Notes: generated by a model from the letters alone, not told the origin. A stretch of 63,059 nt of DNA, filler included, from Olpidium bornovanus S191 (GCA_017911155.1; 29 parts of 29 records of this genome joined end to end with filler, not necessarily neighbours in it), one strand, 5' to 3'. Shown: positions 1-12,412, counted from the whole stretch's first letter. Program-made: numbers and translations.

Positions 1-6
1 ATTAGA

Positions 7-62
<56 letters not shown>

Positions 63-404
63 AAAGAAAAAAAAAACCCACCCTCGGCTGGCCCCTAAGG
101 ACCGTGCGTGTATCCCCGGGAGCCGAAAGAGCGAAGGGAAGGGAGGCGTCGCGCCGCGACGAGCGGAAAACAGCAGCGGAAGCCCGAGACCGTCGTCCTT
201 TTCTGTCAGCTTCCCGTCTGGTTTCCCCTCCTCCCCCGTCAGGGCCGTCCCGTCAACCTCCGATTTGCGCGGGATCGTCCGAGCGGCGCCGCCCGCCGCC
301 ACACAACGCGCGACGCCGCGGGGCGTTCTGGCGCCGACGGGCGTTTCCCCCCCCCCCCTCACGCCGCACCAGAACCCTCCCCGGCCGCGCGAGACTCCCC
401 GGCC

Positions 405-1321
405 ATGGTCGCCGCGGCCGCCAGACCCGCGCAGAGGACCTGCCTCGTCACCGGCGGGACGAGCGGGCTGGGGCGGGAGGTGGCCGAGAAGCTGGCGCTC
501 GCCGGGTGGCGCGTCCTCGTCGCGTGCAGGGACCCCGACGCGGGGCGGGCCGTCGCCGGCGAGCTCACCAGGCGGGCCGCGAACGCGGCCCGCTGCTGCG
601 AGGCGCCGCGGGCGGAGGAGGACCTCCTCCCCGGCAGCGTGTCGGCGGTGGCGCTGGACCTGACGGACCTGCGGTCCGTGAGGGACTGCGCCGCGCGGGT
701 CCGTGAGATGCTGAGGGGCGGGGACCGCGGCGGCGGCGGCGGCGGCGAGCGCCGCGTGGAGGAAGGACTCCAGCTCCTGATCTGCAACGCCGCGGTAGCG
801 CAGCCCCGGTTCGGCGAGACCAAGGACGGGTTGGAGGAAACGTACGGAGCCTTGACGGGGCGGCGGGCGCGGGGGGGTCTTTTTGCTTCGGTTTGGAACG
901 CCTCCCGCCCCCTTCCGCAAACGGCGGGGAGGGGGAGCGGCTCCCGGACCGGCCGGAGGTCAAGCCGCCAGGGTTGTTCTTGAAAAGCCCTGCCGAACGC
1001 CAGGTCGAGGTTCTTCGGAACTTGCTTTCCGAGCAACCCGCGCGCTCGAAACCCGCGGCTCCCTGGCCCCCCCCTCCACACCCGTTTTGAATCCGTTCTA
1101 CAACTTCTATTGCGCGCGGTCGATTTTCCCCCACCGTTCCCCCGTCAACCCCCGCTCTCCGTCTGCGGCCCGCTCGCGCTGCCGGCCGACACAAAGTCTC
1201 GCGGTCAACCACTACGGTCACTTCCTGCTGGTCAACCTGCTCTTGCCCGTTCTGGAGACAAGCGCCGTCGGCGCGCGGGTGGTGTACGTTTCGTCTTCGC
1301 TGCACCGCAAAGTCGATGCAG
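405..1321 (+). CDS. Short-chain dehydrogenase/reductase (retinol dehydrogenase/WWOX-like), 3'-partial; exons 405-841 and 1197-1321
   Basis: CLVTGGTSGLGREVA (TGxxxGxG Rossmann motif), LDLTDLRSV, LLICNAAV. A GT..AG intron (842-1196) joins EET to LAVNHYGHFLLVNLLLP...RVVYVSSSLH. Confidence 0.9.
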
Positions 1322-1426
1322 GTAACGAAAAATCAGGGGGATTAAAAAAAAAAAGGATTTCCCGCTTCTGGCATCGAAACAATACGGTTTTCGCAAAAAC
1401 AAAAACGCGCGCGCGCTTTTCCTTTT

Positions 1427-1525
<99 letters not shown>

Positions 1526-1536
1526 CTCCCCGGGGG

Positions 1537-1636
1537 NNNNNNNNNNNNNNNNNNNNNNNNNNNNNNNNNNNNNNNNNNNNTTAATTAATTAANNNNNNNN
1601 NNNNNNNNNNNNNNNNNNNNNNNNNNNNNNNNNNNN
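1537..1636. other. Artificial contig-joining linker (first of 28 identical copies; last at 61790-61889)
   Basis: 44 N + TTAATTAATTAA (stops in all six frames, contains a PacI site) + 44 N between every contig; defines 29 contigs. Confidence 0.99.
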
Positions 1637-3186
1637 AAACCGTTCCATGGCAGTTGCGAGCGCGACCTTCTCGGCTTCGGCCGCCGCCGCCTTGTACGGC
1701 GTCATTTGCCGCTTTCGTCCGGCTAGCGGCGACGTCGGACGTCGTACTCGCACTTCCCTCACTTCTCCGGACGAAGTGACCGCTGTGGGCATTGACGAAG
1801 GCGGGGGAACGGCCGAGACGGGAGTGGGCACAAGCATCAGGTCGTTCGGTTCTATCAGGCCGCGGGTGGCCAGCTTGGCCGCGCGCGTGAGGACGTTGCG
1901 CAACTCGCGAATATTACCTGGCCAGGAGTGGGCCAGCAAAATCTTCATAGCGCGGTCCGATAACGAAATCTCGACATCCTCGGAAAACTGTTCCATCAAA
2001 TTGCCGATGATTGTTTCGAGGTCTTCTCGATCACGCAGCGCGGGCAATGTCACTATGGTCCCTGCGAGGCGATAGAAGAGGTCCTGTCGGAATGTGCCCG
2101 CAGCAACCTTCGAGTTAAGATCCTGGTGGGTCGCTGCGACAACCTGGACATCGACGGTGCGCGCACGGCCGGAGCCCAGCGGCATGACCTCCTGAGTTTC
2201 AAGGAACCGCAGGAGTCGTGTCTGCAGAGGGAGCGGCATATCCCCAATTTCATCGAGGAAAAGTGTACCCTTATCCGCTTCTACAATCCGCCCGACATTT
2301 CCCTCCTTGCTTGCCCCGGTGAACGCGCCGCCGCTGTATCCGAAAAGCTCGCTATCTATGAGCGTCTCCGGGACAGCGGAGCAGTTGAACGCAACGAAGG
2401 GGCCCGTAGCCCGTTCGCTCTCGTAGTGCAGGGCACGGGTAAGCGTGTCTTTTCCAACCCCCGTTTCGCCGAGGAGCAGCATGTGCAGCCCGCTGCCGAA
2501 TACCTTCCTCAGGACATCGATGTTCCGCTTCATATTGCGGTCGTTGCCCGCACACTCGGCTAGCGAGGTAATCTTCTTCCCGAGCTTCGGCTTAGCAATC
2601 TTGGTTGTCGCGCCGGCGGCAAGCGACGTGATCGAAGCCGGCAGAACCGATAGCGGCCGCCTGAGGTTCACGTCGATGACCTTTCCGCTACCCAGCGGCC
2701 GGAGTTCGCGTAGATTGTCGCACAGATAGTCGAGCGGGGGATTTCCTTTGATCTTTTCAAAAACGGCCCAGAGCGTTCGCGTTCCGATCGCAGATTCCTC
2801 CAGCTTGAAGAGGCGTCTGGCATTCCGTGTCGCGCCTACGATACGGCAGTCGCTGTCGACGGCGAAGATGGTCGGCGATCGTTGTTCGGTACTGACAGCT
2901 AGTGTGTAGTATTTCCGGAACGCGTTCCGAAAATATGTGGTCTCGAGCCGATCCGCAGTGATCTGGGCGACGCCAAATACCACACGATGCGCCAACTGGG
3001 GTACGCCCGGATTGTACGTCGAAAGGTTGACGACGCCGAGTATGTTGCCGTCCGGCCCAAAGAAGGGAGCTGTCGCGCACGCTTGACCGGTTAGATCGGC
3101 ATAAAAGTGATCCGAGAGGTAGACCGCGGTCGGTTCTAAATTTTTTAGCGCCGTCCCAATACCGTTTGTACCGCCGACCTCCTCAC
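1637..3186 (-). CDS. Bacterial sigma54-dependent enhancer-binding protein with N-terminal GAF domain (AcoR-like), truncated at both ends
   Basis: One uninterrupted, intronless frame across the whole contig: GAF EEVGGTNGIGTAL; Walker A GETGVGKD; DSELFGY, GAFTGA loop, LFLDEIGDMP, VAATH, FRQDLFYRL, WPGNIRELRN. Confidence 0.95.
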
Positions 3187-3286
3187 NNNNNNNNNNNNNN
3201 NNNNNNNNNNNNNNNNNNNNNNNNNNNNNNTTAATTAATTAANNNNNNNNNNNNNNNNNNNNNNNNNNNNNNNNNNNNNNNNNNNN

Positions 3287-4252
3287 CACCCTGGCGGATA
3301 TCACGCTCAAGTCCGCCTCCGTTTCCGGAAGGGACAGGACGTGCAGGCCCGTCATCACGTCCTGGCTGACCCCAAAGTTCAACTTGGAATCCTTGAAATT
3401 CAGCATGTTGTTTTCGACGGTCCACGCTCTCCCCGCTTCGATCCGCTGCTTCGCCCCGGCGGCTTGCTGCTGTGAGACCGATCGCATTTTACGAGGGCGG
3501 ACCGTTTGTGCCGGCGGATGTTAACGCTTCCCTGGATTGTTGGCGATCACCTGGAGGACGTCTGCAGCAAACGCTTCTTCCTCCGACAACACGAAAGGCT
3601 TTTCCACGACGTCGTACATTCTCGATTGTGTCAAGCGCTGCTGCGGGTAAGGGCGTCCGAGAAGATACATCTTTGGTGTTACCACTGGAGGCCTGCAGAG
3701 CTCTTGGGGAGGGCTGAGCGTCACGCACTTCGTCGGCCCCAGCCCCTCGGCCACTTCCGTGACCTTCCCGGCAAAGGCCCTCGCGTCCACTCGAGAGGAC
3801 GTTATCTCCAATTCGACTTCCCACGCGGTCGTGCTCCCGGTGGTGACTCTGGTCACGTCGATCACGTGCCGGTCTAATCTTTCGCTCCGCCTCACTTTGG
3901 TCCTTTTGGTGCCGGTCGGAACTTCTGTCGACTCCTCTGTCGATTCCATCGACAAAAATACAGAGAAATTTCCGAACCTCAGGAAAGTGATGACCTCTTT
4001 GCACAAGACGTGCTTCTCTTCCTCGAAGTACCGCCAGTGCACCTCGCCACCGAAGGAAGGGACGGTAAATATTTTGTTCGTGGTCTTCTCGTCGACCATC
4101 CTCTCGAACATCTTCCCTATCTCATCGCTGTCGGCCGATTCGCAACGTATCCTCGCCTCTATTTCCACGTTCCTCTTACTCAAGACGGAAATCGATTCGA
4201 TCTTCTTCTTGTCCTCGACTAGACTCTTGACGTACGCTACCAGGTCTTCCAT
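3287..4252 (-). pseudogene. Viral-type mRNA capping enzyme remnant (TTM RNA triphosphatase plus disrupted guanylyltransferase)
   Basis: From Met 4252: VEIEARI (motif A), SVFLSMES, RTKVRRS, VIDVTRV, WEVELEI (motif B). Then VVTPK with no following xDG, GRPYPQQRL, VVEKPF, an in-frame TAA at 3521-3523, and the same frame continues to the contig end. No introns. Confidence 0.7.
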
Positions 4253-5655
4253 CGTGTACCGGAGGTAACAGGAGATGCGTTGCACGTGTACTGCAGGCCC
4301 GCTGACGGTTTTTAAAACTTCGATTTCTGAGTCCACCTGTTCGCGCACCGCTATCCCCGTGGGGTCGACGACATCCTCCCCGGCGGGACGCTTCCGGGGG
4401 CCGCGGGGTACAGGCCGTACCCCGCGCTCGAGTGGGCTCGCGTCGGGGCCGACGCCGAGTCGGTTAGAAGTTTGATGTCGAACATTTTGCGCGTTTAAGG
4501 CGGATGTTCGAGGCACTTTTCGTGCGAGAAATGCTTCGGGAGCACCCATTTGAGACATTTCGAGACATAAAACACAATTCAGAATGCAGCTCTGCAGTCC
4601 TGTCCAGAGAGATTCTCGCTTAATGTTTCGGGGCACGATACGTTGTGAAGTCGTGGACGGCCTCGAGGAAACCGTCGCCATGGACTCAACGGACAGGTCA
4701 CGCGCGCCGAGCGTCGTGTCGTCGCGGCGTTGTCCCTTTCCCGCTCAGGGGAGAAGAAGTGAGTCCTCTCTCGGTCGTCAGGGGTCCTGCCGAACTCGCC
4801 TGGCATGGCTGAAGGGCCAAACCATGGTTGCGGCGGCGGCGGCGCGTTTCGTTCTTCTTCTTCTCTTTTCATGGTTCGTCTGACAGAGGTAAGGTTGCGG
4901 TTTGGGCTTATAACCTGTACAACGGACGTGAGAACCAAAGGAGACAAAGGAAGACGAGTGCCCAATGGAGGACCACGGCGGACGGCAGGGACGCCGGAGA
5001 CTGCACTGCGCGGTTCGGAACGCTGTAGACTTTCTACAGGTTTTCGGTTTGTTTTGAGTCGCGTTGTTTACATGGGAAAGAAATGGGGGATGAACCCCGC
5101 GGGAGCTGCGCTTTTCCAACACTTCCACCATCCCGAATTTGACCCCGGTCCCTGCGACGCTGCCTGAACGGCCTGATTCCCGTCAACCGAGACACATCCA
5201 GCATTAGACACGAGGCACCGAAACAGCGACAAATTCAAGGAAAAAGAAAAAACAAAAAGACACCTCATAAGGATGCCCGCAACTTTACGGGGCATCTCTG
5301 GAGGCGCTCGAAAGAGCTTAAGAGCACACACCCACAACTTCTGTCCCTGTCCCACGTCGTTTCCTCCTTTCCAAACATCTCGCATGATCAGCATGACATT
5401 CGTCGCTGTTCTCTCACAGAAAATCGGCTCGTCTCCGTCGACTCCGTCGAAAGGAATCGCTCGCTTTTACGAGTCGCATCGCGAAGCGCAAACTATCTTC
5501 ACAGGACAATAGCGTTCATCTTTCTGAAGCAAAATACCGTCTGCGAACGGCCCGTGCTCATATCCGATAAATAACCAGCGTCGGCATAATAGTGAAAGGG
5601 AAATTGTGGAGAAACGCTCCGACGGAAAAAGCTAACGCATCCAAAACTCTGGGGT

Positions 5656-5903
5656 CGTGGCCAAGGCGGTCAGCTATGAACCTGACAATTGAGCCAAGGA
5701 GGCCCGCCGTGATCGTACTCGTCTTCACTGGAATCTCCGCCACCTTCCCGTCCGGCTTTGTAATAACTAAGTACCCTGTATGCCGGCTGAAGCTAGCCGA
5801 TGTTACCGTGGCCAAGGCGATCAGCTATGATCCTGACAATACTGTGGCATTACTATGATCCTGACAATACTGTGGCAATACTACGATCCTGACAGTACTG
5901 TGG
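5656..5903 (+). repeat. 34-bp direct repeat pair plus 28-bp tandem repeat x3
   Basis: cgtggccaaggcg(g/a)tcagctatga(a/t)cctgacaat at 5656-5689 and 5807-5840; ctatgatcctgacaatactgtggcatta unit at 5825, 5853 and 5881. Confidence 0.9.
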
Positions 5904-6628
5904 GCGCTCGCGATGATGGCGTGCGGTCCACGGGCGTTCTAGCAACCGGGTCACAGTGCTGCCGAAAATTGAGCAGTTGCCAAATGTTTAGCCGCATTTA
6001 GTAGGGGTGTCAAACCTTCAATTTTCGCGTGTGTCAACTTCTGCGGCGTTGGGTAGCTTTTTACCATCTACCAATTTATCGCATCTGCTAATCCTTCCGA
6101 CCACCGCGAGTGGTGGTTGGAAAAATTGCCACACTTCCCCACCTTGGGGAAAACGGTTAACACATTTTCAAGTTCGCCCTCCCAGAAGTCACATCCGGTG
6201 AAGAGGAGCCACCCACGGATGCCCCCTTCTCTCTGATTTGTTCCCTGCCCATCGGAACTGGATATTCTAAATGAACGAGGATGGTACGCGTCTAGTTATC
6301 AGTGGAGTGCACGCCACGGTGGCGATGGCCGTGCAAGGTGTGCCGCCTTTGCAATCCGCGCCGCCCTTTCGCAACTCAAGCATCTCCGCGCAGTGAGATT
6401 CAGTCCCTGGAGAGAAAAAGAGCAAGACGTATTCACTACTGCAAATGCGCTGCGACGCGCTGCTTCATGNNNNNNNNNNNNNNNNNNNNNNNNNNNNNNN
6501 NNNNNNNNNNNNNTTAATTAATTAANNNNNNNNNNNNNNNNNNNNNNNNNNNNNNNNNNNNNNNNNNNNACACCGCAAACGAGTTGATGACGGCGCCTGG
6601 TTTTTCCTCTCTGTCATTACGCGGGAAG

Positions 6629-6731
6629 ACCCGACCTGTTCTTCCCGCTGTTGGCGCCTGCGATCTACGTCGCGTTCCTGTTCGTCATGGGCAGCCTGGG
6701 GATGCGGTGCAGCGAGCCGTTCCCGGCATAG
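6629..6731 (+). CDS. Probable terminal exon of an unidentified membrane protein
   Basis: AG-preceded frame PDLFFPLLAPAIYVAFLFVMGSLGMRCSEPFPA*, with a hydrophobic helix and G/C-ending codons like the host exons. Confidence 0.35.
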
Positions 6732-8052
6732 CGCAGCGATTTTGGACCATCGCGACCATCGGGGAAGAGGAGGGAGGAGGGGGGGGAGGACACGTCGTTT
6801 TACTTTTACTTTTTGCATCTGGAGAATTCCGGGTCCCGTACTCGCAATGTCGGTCGCCGCACGGGGAGATCTGTCTGCCCGAATTCTCACGGCCGCGCCG
6901 ATCGAGACGGCCGGAACTTTTTCTTCCGGCCGTGTCGGGAAGGGCCGCAATTTTTTTTTTTTTTTTTTTTTGGCGATTTCGGGCCAACAGTGCAACAAAA
7001 GCGCGGGGAATGCCGGGCCGGAGTCGTTTCTGGATTCGTAGAGCCCTTAGCACGGCCGCCGCGGGCACCGATCCGAACATCGCGGTTGCCGCTCCGCGTT
7101 GCGCAGTAGGAGAAGCCTGCCGCGGGCAAATCCTTCCGCTTGCGCAGGGAGACCAGTCGAAGAACCCGGGGTCTCCGGGCCCGAGCAACGCCCCTGGCGC
7201 TCGACTCGAGCGGGATCCTCCAGCGTCCGTCAGGATTTGCAACAAGGCTCGGTGTGGAGCCGAATCGGGGCGGACGACGGCTGAAAGGTGCTCAATGTGT
7301 GTGTGTGTGACCTGGGCGGCACGCTTGACCTGGGGGGGGCGTCGATTGGAACAGACGCCTACCCTGTTCCCGCAAGCAGGAGAGTGCCGTGCTGTGTTTT
7401 TTTTTTTTTTCTCTCTCCCCGACTTGTTTTTTTTTATTCCTTTTGTTATAATTTTTTCACACCTCGCGCCCCGCACGCTCGCCCTGCATACGAGAACGTC
7501 CTCGTTTGTTTTGGGTTACGTCGACCGGCTGGGTTTTTCTGGAAGAATCCGTTTTTGCCCGCTCGCCTTACGCGTCCGTCCGGGGAGGGGAGGGGTGGAG
7601 GGCCGGCCGCGTTGACGGGCTTGCGGGAACGGGGGAAAACCCCCCCCCCCCCCCGGGCGGCAAACTCGGCCTCCGAACCAAAAGCCAGGTGACACGTTGC
7701 GGGCTATTGGCGCGGACGAACAGCTCATCCTGCGCCAGGCACGAACTCTCCAACGTAAAATGACCTCAAAAAGGCTGCGGCGGTTTGCAGATGCGGCGCA
7801 AGGCTGAAAAGTCGACCGGCACTCACCCAAGGGTGGAAAAAAAAAAAAACCCCCCACCCCGGGGAAAAAAAAACCATCTTTCCGAAGCCGCCGGTCCCCC
7901 CCCGCCCGAACTTCCCCCCTCTGGCCTGCCTGCAGCCCGGTTTATCCACGGAGGTGGGGGAGGGCCAAGACGGCTTGTCCGGCCTCCTCCCCCTGGCCCC
8001 TTCCTCCCGGCGCTTTTTGGACGCACAGAAAATGCCAGCAAAAAGAGCGGCT

Positions 8053-8112
<60 letters not shown>

Positions 8113-11039
8113 CCCCCCGCCCCCCCGGGGGCCCAGGTTGCGACGCGCCGATTTTGGACACGCGAGAGATCCCCTGCCGGGCAGGGCGCGCCGCCGGCGC
8201 GTGATTACGCCCGGGGGAAGCGCGCGACCGCCGGTTTTGGGCGCCCCGAAGGCGTTGATGGGCGCGGAGCCGGGCGCGCGGGAGGCGTTTTGGCCGAGGG
8301 CCCGGGGAAATGTTTTTACACGGCGCGTGAAGCGTCGCCATTTGCGGGAGGAGGATGGGAGGCGGGGGGGGANNNNNNNNNNNNNNNNNNNNNNNNNNNN
8401 NNNNNNNNNNNNNNNNTTAATTAATTAANNNNNNNNNNNNNNNNNNNNNNNNNNNNNNNNNNNNNNNNNNNNCATGGGGAAAGTTCCTGCTCGACGGATA
8501 CGGCAACCTGGGTCGGCGCGCGCGCCCCCGCCTGTCGATAACGCGGGCTCACTAGTTAGCCGGCGCCGCGGCCACGAGTTGGCGACTGCCGCAGCACTCC
8601 CGCACACCCCGCGTCGCGGGTTGTAGATGTGTTCGTGAGTTGTGGGTTGGGGAGGGGAAGGCGGAGGGGGGGAAGGGGAGGGAAGGAAAGGGGCGGTCGG
8701 GCGGAAAGAGTGTCGGCAGATAGGCGAAGAGTCTATCGGCAACGGGGGAGGAGGTTCCCGCTCGCCCTCGCCCGGTCGCTGCAGCAGCAGAACTCTCCGG
8801 GAGCAGGACGCGGGCTTTGCACTCGAGGTTCTCGTCGAGCACTCGAACCCGCCAGAAAATCGGGATTCGCCCAATAAAACACTGCGCGCGGCAACTGGCC
8901 ATCGGAAAGCTTCCGGGATCGCTTAGGGACTCTCTGGTTTTTAGTGATTTTGCTCCGGGGCGGGGGCCGACGCCCGGCTTCTCGCGGACCTGCGTATACT
9001 AATTTTCGGCGCGGACGGCAGACACGATCGACCGGGGGTTTGCGCGAACGCGCGAATGGCGTTGAGCTGACGGCCGGAGACTCCCGGAATCTTTTCCCTG
9101 CGAGCGCGAAAGAGCAGTTTGCGTACGCCGGAACAAAGGGCGTTCAGTAAGGCCGCTTCCCCCGGAGACCGCGACGGCAAAATGCGGCGGCCGCCCCGAG
9201 ATGCCGCATTCACGCGCCGAAAGCGCCCCTCGTCCATAGAGGACGGCATTTTTTGCACCGCGGCGCACCCGTCTGTGTTGTGGAAAAAACGTGCGAGAGG
9301 GCGAGAGAGAGAGAGTGAGAGTGCAAGAGAGGGATTAAGAAGTACCGTGCGAGTTAAGGAAAGGTTGAGCCCCGACCGTGTGAACGCTTCCCTCTCGCAT
9401 AACGTCGACCTTTTCCCCTGTACTGGCGTCCCCGCCGGTAGGGACTAGCGGTTTCAGCGGATCGACAGCGGCCTGCGCGGTGGAGCCCTGAGCGAACCTC
9501 GCGGATTGGTTTGTCGCGAGACTCCGCGCGCCTTCGCCCGTCGGAACCACGGGCCATTTCCGTCAAAACAACAGACCTCGCCCAGCCCGTCCTCGGTTTT
9601 CTTCCCAATGAAATGGGAACCCGCAATGTTCCGCTTGGCAAAGGACAGGACGTCGGAACGTCGCGTCTGTTGCTGAGTATAAGCGGGAGGAAGATCGCGC
9701 TCGGCTGCGGGATGCGCAGTTTTTGGTTGTCAGACTCGGCCGCCCAGGCATGGCACGGTATCCAAACGACGCGCACGCACATGCCCGCCGCCTCGCGTTT
9801 CCTCACCGTGCTCAGTGCCTTGCCGGGCAGCTTCCCCGTCGCCTTTCGGAGAAAACGGCCTAGTTTCCGCTGCGAACTTCGACCATTTGCTTAAAGCCCC
9901 CGGCCTTTTACGACTTGGAACCAATGGTTTTCGTCCTCCTCCTAGCCGTCTGACGCTTGCAAGCCGAACTTTGAATCCGCCGGACGCGGGTCGACTGGCC
10001 CAAAGCGCCGCGAAGCTTGACACGACAGGCGCGAAACGTCCACCCGCAGGATCGAACACTCCGCCTTAACCGACCTCGCAGTTTTCCTTTGGATGACGCG
10101 CCCCGCGCGAGTGATATCATTCCCGAAACGTCTTTCACGCGGAAGCCACGGTCCCGCGTCGCGAGAAGGAGGATAATAATGCATTATGTACTTAGTATAA
10201 GTATTGCAATGCAAAGCAGAACAGCGATGACCGAGAATGAAGAATCCGGAGTTTAGGGTTGGGTGAGCATTCGTGCGGTATGACTATTGGCACATGCGTA
10301 CTGACCGGCGGGATCCGCCGGTTGCCCCGGTCAGCAACCTCCCTTCGCCTTGGTGCCGCCTTTTGTTATTAGTCAAATTCGTTGTTTCTTAAGCATTATG
10401 CCATCTAAGTAAAACTAGACTCGAATTGTGAAATACAAGAATTTAGTTGCCACTCGGGCATATTTCTGATGCAACTATGATTATTAAAATAAATGCAGGT
10501 ATAGGTATTTAGTTGAATTGCTACTTTACACGTATACAGGTAATTAGTTGAATTGCTCAAAGGGATTTAGTTGAATTGCGTTTTTGAGCAAATTCCTTCG
10601 TACCTGTAGGTACAGCAATAATCATAGTTTCTTAGCGTCAATGTTGGTAATATAATAATGTTGCATTATATTCAATCATCTATACGTATATACCTGTGCG
10701 TCAAAGCGGAGGATATGGGCAAACAAAGCCAGCCGCACTTTATATCTCCTGGGCGTGCTTGATGTCTGCCGGGAGCAGCGCGTGTCCCGACGTTCCGCGA
10801 CGCCAACCGTTGGCGCGCCTTCCCCCCTCCCCCCCACCATTTGTATTTTGCGTCATCGGAAAAGTTTTTGTTTTGACGTTTTTTTCCTGTTGATTTTGCC
10901 CCGTCGGGTCCCGGGGTTACGGGGTTATTTCCACCCATGNNNNNNNNNNNNNNNNNNNNNNNNNNNNNNNNNNNNNNNNNNNNTTAATTAATTAANNNNN
11001 NNNNNNNNNNNNNNNNNNNNNNNNNNNNNNNNNNNNNNN

Positions 11040-12040
11040 CATGACGTGCCGGAGCTCCGCGGCCGAGATGAAGCCGTTGCCCTCCTTGTCGAAAACCTTG
11101 AAGGCCTCCCTAATCTCCTCCTCGGAATCAACGTCCTTCATTTTGCGGGCCATCAAGGACAGGAACTCCGGGAAGTCGATTGCGCCGCTGCCGTCCGCGT
11201 CGACCTCGTTGATCATGTCCTGCAGCTCGGCCTCCGTCGGGTTCTGGCCCAAAGAGCGCATCACCGTGCCGAGCTCCTTGGTCGTGACAGTGCCGTCGCC
11301 ATCCTTGTCGAACAGCGAGAAGGCCTCCTTGAATTCGCTGATTTGTTCATCGGAAAGCTGATCCGCCTGCGTGACCCAGTGAGATCGGGGGGAAGAAAAC
11401 AAGAGCGCGAGGCACAAGCAGACGTGAGGCGCGAAATTTTTGGCTGGCGAGGGGGGAGCAAGAGAGGAGAAGGCAGACACAGCCGTCCAACGGTCCGTGT
11501 TGCAACAGCTGAGACGGTGAACCAGACGGTCCAGTCTTCCCTAAGACCTAGGCAATCAAGGTTCAACTCGGCAAGAGAGATGCCACCTCCACGCGGCGCC
11601 GCAGAACGTCGCTCAAGTGAGTTGCCGGTTCGCCGCCGGCGGGCTTCCCGCCCTTCCGGCGCGTCACCTTCATCTGCTGTATTTTTCCTCGCCGAAACGC
11701 GTCAGTCTGCCTAACCCGCCTCGGCGTGGGGTGAGGCGAGGGGTGGGGCATAGGTGGTGGGCGGGGGGGGTGGGGGGGGGGGGGGGGGGGAAAGGGACCT
11801 TCCTCTCGTCATACTACGCACGCCGGCTGAGGTCGCTCAGCCGGAAAAGCCGGCAAGTTGAGAGGGTCCCAAAAACACCGGGAACGCGGCCGGGCGTTTT
11901 GTGCCGGGCGGAACTGACAAGCGCTAAGAACCCGCGACGCGGCTGCTCGCCGGCTGCGCCCGAAGGAGGGAGGCCAACGGCGGTTCTGGGTGGAAAAAAC
12001 GAAAAAAAAAAAAAAAGATGAAAATAAAAATACCCACCAT
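11040..12040 (-). CDS. CMD1: Calmodulin, 3'-partial; putative ATG-only exon 12038-12040, main exon 11040-11366
   Basis: [59 protein letters not shown]...[23 protein letters not shown]; acceptor CAG at 11369-11367; ATG|GTGGGT at 12040. Confidence 0.97.
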
Positions 12041-12149
12041 TGTGATCCAAGCTCAGCTCGCGTTCCGGGGCGTTTCGTGTTGGATGACGGACAAAGCCGG
12101 GCGTTTTTTTTTTTTTTTTTTTTTTTTTGGGGGGGGGGGGGGGGTTTTT

Positions 12150-12184
<35 letters not shown>

Positions 12185-12412
12185 TTTTTCGGGGGGGGGG
12201 GGGGGTGGGGAGGGGTGGGGGGGGGGGGGGGGAGTGTCTAAGGGTCGGGGGCGGAGGGCGGGATCTGGGGGGGGGGGGCGGGGAGGGGGACAGGGAACTA
12301 CGGGGGCTTGCGNNNNNNNNNNNNNNNNNNNNNNNNNNNNNNNNNNNNNNNNNNNNTTAATTAATTAANNNNNNNNNNNNNNNNNNNNNNNNNNNNNNNN
12401 NNNNNNNNNNNN

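Noticed and set aside
1637-4681. Apparent cluster of a bacterial regulator next to a viral capping gene
   Set aside because: They are on different contigs separated by an artificial linker; no adjacency across linkers is meaningful.
5520-5600. YYADAGYLSDMSTGRSQT on the minus strand resembles the start of copia RNase H
   Set aside because: No copia RT signature upstream and no SxKQ/STxEAE downstream; a different frame is equally protein-like. Left unassigned.
5656-5903. CRISPR-like repeats (also considered for 23094-23315 and 56408-56648)
   Set aside because: Units are tandem or have homologous linkers, there are no unique regularly sized spacers and no cas genes, and the context is eukaryotic.
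8821-8870. GGTTCGAGT T-loop-like motif on the minus strand
   Set aside because: No complementary T-stem or cloverleaf; no tRNA or rRNA was recognised anywhere in the window by eye.
6584-10059. Numerous 100-340-aa ORFs in contigs 4 and 5
   Set aside because: Arg/Pro/Gly-rich low-complexity translations of GC-rich non-coding DNA and homopolymers, with no recognisable motifs.
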